Shown: piece after piece, positions 57,188 to 64,000 of the stretch | How the letters are laid out: each line of letters begins with the position of its first letter | Position numbering within the stretch: the first letter of the stretch is position 1 | DNA from: Bacillales bacterium UBA6877 | Lineage (GTDB): Bacteria > Bacillota_I > Bacilli_A > RFN20 > CAG-826 | Reading direction: 5' to 3' | Length of the DNA stretch: 64,000 nt | Assembly (NCBI GenBank): GCA_002451465.1 | Contig: DKCJ01000024.1 | Span: forward strand, 29,578-93,577 | The notes under the pieces: generated by a model | The model's database searches: none | Seen by the model: only the letters and a program-made list of their open reading frames with translations | Told to the model about the DNA's origin: nothing | Program-made: the position numbers and the translations under genes

Positions 57188-60085
57188 TTAATATTCCCAT
57201 CCTGGATATTCGCCACCAGTGCTTGTTTTTTCTTTTAATTTAATAGTTTTTTCGCCATAAGTAATATTAATGGTATCTATAGATCCATCACTATTAAGTG
57301 ATCCTATAATTGAAGGACTTAATTTATCTTTTAAGGATTCGTTTGTGCATTTAATATCACTAAGTGCTACTAAATTACCTTTAACGTTCGCATTAAATTC
57401 ATAAGTTGCAACTTCTTTTTCAGCACCAGTATAATATTCAATATTTTTAATTTTTAATGTTCCTTTTAAAGTATTTAAGGAAACATCACTGAACTCTAAA
57501 GTATATGTTATATCATCATAAGTTGACCAATCAGTTTCAGCTTTGCAATAAGTTTTACCTTTAATTGCATCATAAATTGAAGGGACTTCTAATACCTTAA
57601 TCGTCTTAGTTACAAATTTTGAAGAGTCACCATCTGCGGTTGCTTTAATAGTTATATTTCCAGTTTTTTCACCCGCAACTAACATATATTTAGAACCATC
57701 TTTTATAATCTTGCAACCTAAATCATCACCAACAATAGAATATGAAACATTACTATTTTCAACTGAACTAGATGGATTTACGATTGCTTTGATCTCTTTA
57801 CTAGCATTTGTATATAAAGAATCTGGAACTTCTTTAAAAGTTACGCTTTCAATTGGAGCATATTCTGCAACAATAATTAAAGTTTTAGTAACATTTTTAC
57901 TCTTAAATTCCAAAGTATATTCGCCATCCTTTTTAGCTAAAATAGTATATCCGTTTTTTACACTTCCATAGACACTAATATCATATGAATTTTTATTAAT
58001 AGAAACACTATCAACATCAACTAAAGCTGAAAGAGGTTTCGCATCAATTAGATCACAATAGACATTAGAGCCAACTGTAACATGATATTTAGAGTCACTA
58101 TCTAAAGCTAATTTTGATCCTTCTTTATCATTTTTATCTTTATAAAGCAATAATGAATAATCACTATAATAATAATTATTAAAATCAAAATATTTATTAG
58201 TATCAGCTTCTTTTGCACCATATTCGATATTTGCACTATATTCTAAAACTTGATCTTTTGCCGAAGATAAGAGTTCACCATTACTATCAAGTTCATGATC
58301 TACTCGTTTAAAGGATAATTGTTCAACGGCACCATAACGATTAAATGATATATTCGAAGTTACTTCAGTTTTATATTGTTTCCTATATAAACCTGTAGTA
58401 ACACATGTTGAAGTAAAATGATATCCATCATAATCAATTGAAGAAACTAATTCTTTTCTAATTTCTTCTTCACTACCATCAAGAGTAAATACGTCATCTA
58501 TAATTTTTCTATCATAGAAATCTGCTAAACCAGTGTACTTTTCACCACTACCATATTCATTTAAAAATTCTATCGAGCCGAAAGTATTTAAATAATTTTT
58601 ATATTCACTTTCATTAGAAGCATTCACTGTTTCGCTATCTAAAACACTAACATTTTGACCAACTTTTTTAAGTGAATAAAAAATATTGTCGTTAATCCCT
58701 TGATATAAATAAGAAGTAGCTCCTTCTTTATCGGTAACTTTAGTAACAGTATATCCATCAGTATAGCTTTCAAAAGAATATTCATTTTTTACTGATGAAT
58801 AATCATCATCAACCGTATATTTGAAATTTACTTTTTTTGTATTTGATAATTCATATTTTTTTGCCTTAGCTAATTTATCTTTTAATGCTGTCGCAGTTAA
58901 AGTTCCACTAGAAACAGGTTTTACATCAATTGAAGCCTTAATCGAATCATTATCTTTAAATGTTGCATAAATTGTATTAGTGTTTTCACTAGCATTTAAA
59001 ATAGTAACCTTGCCATCACTAGTTACTTCAATATCGTCATCACTATTTCCCTTAGACCAAACAATTTCAGCATAGCTTCCTTCAGGTTCATAAGTACAAG
59101 AAAGGTCATATGTTGCGCCTTCTTCTACATAATAAACAAATCCCCAACGAGTTTCGTTTTCAATCCAACCTTCAGGAACATTTATTTTTAATGAACTTGC
59201 TTCAAAAACAAAGCTAACTTCAATAGAAACAAGGCCTTCTTTAACAATAAAATGATAATCGCTTGTATTTTCAACTCGTTTAAGTTCTTGCCCATTAACT
59301 TTTACATATTTTGTAACATATTTTTCATTAGCAACAGCAGTAATTATTAATTCTTTATTCTCTTCAATTAATGAACCGTTTGTTATTTCTTTTTCACCAT
59401 CTTTAATAGTAAGAGTTCCATTTTTAAAGGAATCATCAATATCAATTAATCCCTTCCCAGGATTTTTTAAATTAAATTTTGCACTTAAAAAGTTCTTCCC
59501 TTCAATTACCTTGAAAGAAAAGACACCATTGGAGTCTTTTTTAATTGAAGTTGTATCATTCAATTTAATTTCGTTAATTTCATAAGCCTTATTTACTGGG
59601 GTTGTATCTACAAAAACTTCAGTTCCAACAGGAAGTCTTTTATTGCTATCTTTAATTAAAGTTCCATCTTTAAGTTTTGGAGTTAAAGTGCCATTACTTA
59701 CTTTAGAAGAAATAACTTCAACAGTTCCATATAAAGTTATAGGGGCCGCTTTTTTAAATGTTACTTTAATAATATTATTTCCTTCAACAACTTTAAAAGT
59801 TGCTTTATTAGAACTATCTAGCTTTAAAACACTATCATTTAGATAATATTTATCTATCTCATAACCTTCACTAGGATAAGCTAAAATCGTAATAACTGTA
59901 TCAACTTCAACATTTCCTAATTTTGATGCACTAACAGTCCCATTTACAATACCTTCACTAACTGAAACATTACCATACTTAATGCTTTCTTTTTCATTAG
60001 TTGAACAGCCACTTAGAGTTGTTAAACTAAGAGCAGAAAGATAAATCAATGAAGATAATACCAAAATCTTTTTCGTCTTTTTCAT
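57188..60085 (-). CDS. Large surface lipoprotein with tandem beta-sandwich repeats and Big_2 domains
   Basis: MKKTKKILVLSSLIYLSALSLTTLSGC has a lipobox. Three consecutive ~90-aa repeats follow, each ending in the pattern F.V.EG.N.I...F. Later regions look like Ig-like Big_2 domains (e.g. NITIKATADGDSSKFVTKTIKV). Confidence 0.8.
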   Translation of the reverse strand: MKKTKKILVLSSLIYLSALSLTTLSGCSTNEKESIKYGNVSVSEGIVNGTVSASKLGNVEVDTVITILAYPSEGYEIDKYYLNDSVLKLDSSNKATFKVVEGNNIIKVTFKKAAPITLYGTVEVISSKVSNGTLTPKLKDGTLIKDSNKRLPVGTEVFVDTTPVNKAYEINEIKLNDTTSIKKDSNGVFSFKVIEGKNFLSAKFNLKNPGKGLIDIDDSFKNGTLTIKDGEKEITNGSLIEENKELIITAVANEKYVTKYVKVNGQELKRVENTSDYHFIVKEGLVSIEVSFVFEASSLKINVPEGWIENETRWGFVYYVEEGATYDLSCTYEPEGSYAEIVWSKGNSDDDIEVTSDGKVTILNASENTNTIYATFKDNDSIKASIDVKPVSSGTLTATALKDKLAKAKKYELSNTKKVNFKYTVDDDYSSVKNEYSFESYTDGYTVTKVTDKEGATSYLYQGINDNIFYSLKKVGQNVSVLDSETVNASNESEYKNYLNTFGSIEFLNEYGSGEKYTGLADFYDRKIIDDVFTLDGSEEEIRKELVSSIDYDGYHFTSTCVTTGLYRKQYKTEVTSNISFNRYGAVEQLSFKRVDHELDSNGELLSSAKDQVLEYSANIEYGAKEADTNKYFDFNNYYYSDYSLLLYKDKNDKEGSKLALDSDSKYHVTVGSNVYCDLIDAKPLSALVDVDSVSINKNSYDISVYGSVKNGYTILAKKDGEYTLEFKSKNVTKTLIIVAEYAPIESVTFKEVPDSLYTNASKEIKAIVNPSSSVENSNVSYSIVGDDLGCKIIKDGSKYMLVAGEKTGNITIKATADGDSSKFVTKTIKVLEVPSIYDAIKGKTYCKAETDWSTYDDITYTLEFSDVSLNTLKGTLKIKNIEYYTGAEKEVATYEFNANVKGNLVALSDIKCTNESLKDKLSPSIIGSLNSDGSIDTINITYGEKTIKLKEKTSTGGEYPGWEY

Positions 60086-60197
60086 AAACTTCCTCTTTAA
60101 TATTTACTGCAGTAAAGATATAACACTTGCATTCTTTATTCAATAAAAATTCTCAAAAACTTATACAAATTTAAATTCTTTAAATATTAATATTAAT

Positions 60198-60231
60198 TAA
60201 AAAACCGCGATATTATTGATAATATCGCGGT
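60198..60231 (-). terminator. Terminator after fucO
   Basis: ACCGCGATATT, 6-nt loop, AATATCGCGGT, with an A-run on the plus strand (a U-run on the minus strand). Confidence 0.65.
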
Positions 60232-60251
60232 AAAATATTAAATCAAAATAA

Positions 60252-61397
60252 TTACATTAATTTTGAAAATAATTCAACAACTTGTTCTTTTGTAGCTTCT
60301 CTTGGGTTGCCTGGATAGCAAGCATCTTTTAAAGCATCACGAGCAAGTGAATCAAGATCACTCTTTAAAATCTTTTCACATTTCGTTGGAATATGAACAT
60401 CAATTGATAATTGTCTAACAGCATTAATAGCTGCATCACGATATTCTTCTTGAGTCATATTGGTTACATCAACACCCATTGCAACAGCAATATCTCTATA
60501 TTTTGTGCCAGTGTATTCTTTATTGAATTCCATAGCAATTGGAAGAAGCATAGCACAAGCTACACCATGAGGTATATCATAATAAGCACTTAAAGTATGA
60601 GCCATAGCATGATCAATACCTAAACCAACATTTGAGAAACCCATACCAGCAATATATTGTCCAAGAGCCATTCCTTCTCTTCCATCTGGATCGTTTTCAA
60701 CAGCTTTTCTTAAATTTTTGGAAATTAATTCGATAGCTTTAAGATGGAACATATCGGACATTTCCCAGGCTCCACGAGTAATATATCCTTCAATAGCATG
60801 AGTTAAGGCATCCATACCAGTAGCGGCAGTTAAACCTTTTGGCATTGAAGCCATCATATCTGGATCAACAACAGCAACTTTTGGCATATCGTGAGCATCA
60901 ACACATACGAATTTTCTCTTCTTTTCTACATCAGTAATAACGTAGTTAATTGTAACTTCTGCGGCAGTACCAGCAGTTGTTGGAACAGCAATTATTGGTA
61001 AGCATGGATGTTTTGTAGGAGCTACACCTTCAAGTGAACGTACATCAGCAAATTCAGGATTGGTCATAATAATACCAATAGCTTTTGCGGTATCCATTGA
61101 AGAACCACCACCAATTGCTAAAATTGCATCAGCATGTGCTTCTTTACAAGCTTTAACCCCACTTGTAACATTTTCAATTGTTGGATTTGGCTTAATGTTT
61201 GTATATAAAACATAGTCAATATTAGCTTTCTCTAATAAGTCGGTGACCTTTTTAGTTACATTGAACTTGACTAAGTCAGGGTCACTACAAACTAATACTT
61301 TCTTGAAACCTCTGCCTTGAATTTCTGGGACAATATTTAAAATTGCACCATGTCCATGATAAGAAGTTTCATTTAACATAAATCTTTTAGATGACAT
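60252..61397 (-). CDS. fucO: Lactaldehyde reductase / L-1,2-propanediol oxidoreductase (iron-containing ADH)
   Basis: Long stretches match E. coli FucO as I recall it (RFMLNETSYHG, NPEFADVRSLEG, PTTAGTAAEVTINYVITD, RRKFVCVD-type, DALTHAIEGYITRGAW, GNPREAT). The ATG at 61397 has AAAGGAGG upstream. Confidence 0.88.
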   Translation of the reverse strand: MSSKRFMLNETSYHGHGAILNIVPEIQGRGFKKVLVCSDPDLVKFNVTKKVTDLLEKANIDYVLYTNIKPNPTIENVTSGVKACKEAHADAILAIGGGSSMDTAKAIGIIMTNPEFADVRSLEGVAPTKHPCLPIIAVPTTAGTAAEVTINYVITDVEKKRKFVCVDAHDMPKVAVVDPDMMASMPKGLTAATGMDALTHAIEGYITRGAWEMSDMFHLKAIELISKNLRKAVENDPDGREGMALGQYIAGMGFSNVGLGIDHAMAHTLSAYYDIPHGVACAMLLPIAMEFNKEYTGTKYRDIAVAMGVDVTNMTQEEYRDAAINAVRQLSIDVHIPTKCEKILKSDLDSLARDALKDACYPGNPREATKEQVVELFSKLM

Positions 61398-61461
61398 AAA
61401 TTTTCCTCCTTTTATGTACACTATTATTATAGAAAAAATATCAAGAAAGTTAATAAATCTT

Positions 61462-62208
61462 TTAATATTTTTTTAATAATGTTTTAAAAGTCATTAAACC
61501 ATTTATCTTAGAATCTGCATCCCTACTAAATTTTTTATTTAAATAGTAGATTCCTAAAGACACAAAAGATAGGACAAGATACGTAAATATAACAAATAAT
61601 ATTTTTAAAATAAGTGGATTATCAACTGTTTTAGTAATATAAGAAAGATAATATCCACTTAAAAAATTCATAAATACATAGTTTTCAAGTACAGCAGTTT
61701 TAAAAATTACTCTTGTTAAACCTAAATAACCATAAATATAAATAATTAAAAAACCAATTAAAGTAAAAATATATTCTTTAAATTTAAATTTTTTAATATC
61801 CAAAAATAACAATATTCCAATAAATAAAAGGATACTATGTGAAATAATTTCCTTAGTTAATAAATTTCCTTTCATAGTTTCAAACATTATTGAAGGATTG
61901 ATTAAAAAAGTTAAATAATAACCAACACCTGATATAAATGCAGAACTTGATGCAAATAAATATAGAGATTTTATTCCTATAACACAAATAATTCCAACAA
62001 CAAAATATGATATATGACTAAATTCTAAAGGAAAAGTACTATTTTTCGTTATATTAATGGCAAATTCATGTGTTTTCCAAATAAGTAAACTTAAAGACAA
62101 TATAAAAAGAGTTAATGAAGAAATTTTTTTGTGTTTTCTTAATAAAACACAAACTATAACAAATAATATTGCTAAAAGAATAAGTAAAAATCTATATAGA
62201 AAATCCAC
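61462..62208 (-). CDS. Polytopic membrane protein, function unknown
   Basis: 248 aa with about 7 hydrophobic helices and an apparent GTG start. Confidence 0.55.
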   Translation of the reverse strand: MDFLYRFLLILLAILFVIVCVLLRKHKKISSLTLFILSLSLLIWKTHEFAINITKNSTFPLEFSHISYFVVGIICVIGIKSLYLFASSSAFISGVGYYLTFLINPSIMFETMKGNLLTKEIISHSILLFIGILLFLDIKKFKFKEYIFTLIGFLIIYIYGYLGLTRVIFKTAVLENYVFMNFLSGYYLSYITKTVDNPLILKILFVIFTYLVLSFVSLGIYYLNKKFSRDADSKINGLMTFKTLLKKY

Positions 62209-62254
62209 ATTTTTTTATAAACAAAACATGATTTAAACAATAAATTTAAATAAA

Positions 62255-63412
62255 TTAAATCTTAAAATCTCCATCTTTAATTAAATTTAATTTTCTAAAA
62301 AGTAAATCAATTAAATAAACAAGAATTAATGAAGCAATTATTTCAACAATAAATATTCCTACCCATGTTTGCCAAGTATTTCCCATAGAGGCAAAAGTTC
62401 CAATTTGTCCAACAAACCCAGCGGTTCCCATACCAGCACTTGATCCTGAACAAACTATTTTTACTAAACACGTAGAAATAGGCCCCGAAATTCCTGAAGC
62501 AATAATAGTTGGTAACCAAATAATAGGTTTTTTTAAAATGTTTTTAAATTGTAACATTGAAGTTCCTATAGCAATTGAAAAAACAATACCAATTGGATTA
62601 TCTTTTCTAGACTGAATAGCAAATCCAATCATTTGCGTAGAACAACCAACAATAGCCGCTCCACTAGCTAAAGCTAACCCAGAAAATTCAGGATTACTTA
62701 AAAGTGCATAAGAACTTAAATCAGAAGGCAAAATAAATATCATTGCCGCAATAGCGGCACTAGAAATTGGTGCCGTTAAGGCCATACCCATAATAATAGA
62801 TATTATGATACCCATTAAAAATGGAACAACATTTGTCGCACTTCCAATTATCCATTGAACTCCATAAGTTATACAAGTTAAAGGATATCTCACACCTAAT
62901 GATAAAAATGTACCCAATATAATTCCAAATAATGGGATTATTAAAATATCAACAGGTGTTTTCTTACTAAATATCCATTTCATTAATAAAGCTATTAAAA
63001 TAACAACTATGTATATTGTGAGAGGATCCCCAACTTTAAATGAAAATAAGTCAGAATATTTTGATGAATTAGCACAAAAACTTGTAGATAAAGATAAAAA
63101 TGCTGCTATTTCACCAATTGCTCCATGAACAATAACTTTAAGCGCGGTAAATTTAAGAGATAAAGCAACTCCAACTCCAATCCCGAGTCCAGTTATAGCC
63201 TTTTAAACAATAAGAAACACTAAACTCACTACTATCGCTAAAAAGTTTAAACATAAAGTCACAAAAACCATTCCCTTTTCCATAAGCAAATAGTCCACCA
63301 ATCGTTCATATAATTGTTCCAACAATTAAGGTTGCAAATAAGCCATGAGCCATTCCATTTAATGTCTCAATAAAAAATTAAGTATTTTATTTTGCGATTT
63401 AGAATTTTTCAT
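62255..63412 (-). pseudogene. Decayed PTS EIIC-type (PTS_EIIC_2-like) permease gene
   Basis: The listed 242-aa ORF is only the C-terminal two-thirds. Upstream, the reading frame continues (AITGLGIGVGVALSLKFTALKVIVHGAIGEIAAF...). Four lesions interrupt it:
- an in-frame TAA at 63203-63205
- a frame change near AYGKG/MEKG
- an in-frame TGA at 63306-63308
- a shift at the A6 run at 63372-63377

The original start was probably the ATG at 63412 (MKNSKSQNKILNF). Confidence 0.65.
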
Positions 63413-63590
63413 TTCTTCCAAAATATTTCTCCACTTTTTTTATTATACAAAAAATACTAATTTTTATATAAGAGAACTTTATTTATACATAAAAAATAAT
63501 GAAATATATTAAAATTTCATCATTAAAAATTTATATTTAAAAATATATTTTTATTAAATTTTATATATAAAGTCGACTCTTTTATTTAAA

Positions 63591-64000
63591 TTAATAGAAA
63601 AGTTTTTCATCGTCTTTAAGCTCAAATTTAAGCTTTCTATTTAAATAACAAAGACCATTTATTTCTTGTTGAACATCACTAAGCTGAGTATAACAATATC
63701 CTTGGAAATTTAAGGAATGTATAGCATCTAGCATATTTTTAATTCTTGCCTTTAATTCTTCACCATTTTTAGCTCCGTTATTATAACCCCAATCTCCTTC
63801 CTTTTTCTCAGCTTCGATAGCAATTCCACCAAATTCAGTTAATAAAATAGGTTGTCCACTATAACTAAAACCGTCTGACATTAACTTTCTATCTTGAGGA
63901 ACAATTGTATTAACATTGTAAGAAGTGTATTTATTTAAAAGATCTTCACCACCTTTAATATAATCATGAACACCAATAATATCGCTTGGCATAACGATCT
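63591..64000 (-). CDS. Glycoside hydrolase family 2 protein, C-terminal part (N-terminus outside window)
   Basis: The frame is open to the window edge. ILLTEFGG (nucleophile Glu region) and YCYTQLSDVQQEINGL are typical of the GH2 catalytic-domain C-terminus. Confidence 0.7.
   Translation of the reverse strand, partial: IVMPSDIIGVHDYIKGGEDLLNKYTSYNVNTIVPQDRKLMSDGFSYSGQPILLTEFGGIAIEAEKKEGDWGYNNGAKNGEELKARIKNMLDAIHSLNFQGYCYTQLSDVQQEINGLCYLNRKLKFELKDDEKLFY

Overview
This is an AT-rich bacterial chromosome segment (about one-third G+C by eye) read with the standard genetic code. There is no in-frame TGA in about 50 kb of conserved coding sequence, and Trp is TGG. Gene content and order fit a low-GC Bacillota/Mycoplasmatota lineage (Acholeplasma- or Erysipelotrichia-like), but the species cannot be named from sequence alone.

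**Core (16.9-37.8 kb, minus strand).** The macromolecular-synthesis cluster is collinear with Bacillus subtilis: cysS, mgtC-family, rlmB-like, SigH-like sigma factor, rpmG, secE, nusG, rplK, rplA, rplJ, rplL, RsmC-like methyltransferase, rpoB, rpoC, rpsL, rpsG, fusA, tuf.

**Left arm (0-16 kb).**
- a MATE transporter fused to an alpha/beta hydrolase
- CIRCE-controlled clpB
- an alpha-galactoside locus (GH36, GH2, GPH symporter)
- three flavin-reductase-fold paralogs
- tRNA-Gly(UCC)
- two frame-disrupted genes

**Right arm (38-64 kb).**
- trpS, two Cof-type HAD phosphatases, a phosphohexomutase and an RluA-family pseudouridine synthase
- tRNA-Ser(GGA), followed directly by a three-gene DpnII-type (GATC) restriction-modification cassette
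- a lipoprotein and a membrane-anchored beta-lactamase-fold hydrolase
- mgsA, hpf and an AzgA-type purine permease
- metK behind a SAM-I-like riboswitch
- pduL coupled to a TSCPD protein, then tRNA-Leu(GAG)
- two large surface lipoproteins, fucO, a decayed PTS EIIC gene and a partial GH2 gene

**Best candidates for a second look.**
- the R-M cassette, whose first methylase carries an N-terminal XRE helix-turn-helix and appears to be expressed from a leaderless transcript
- the divergent S-box riboswitch
- the MATE-esterase fusion
- the set of frame disruptions that all sit at homopolymer runs

I found no CRISPR array, rRNA, transposase, integrase or prophage. I see no convincing evidence of a wholly new multi-gene system; the R-M island is a variant of a known family.
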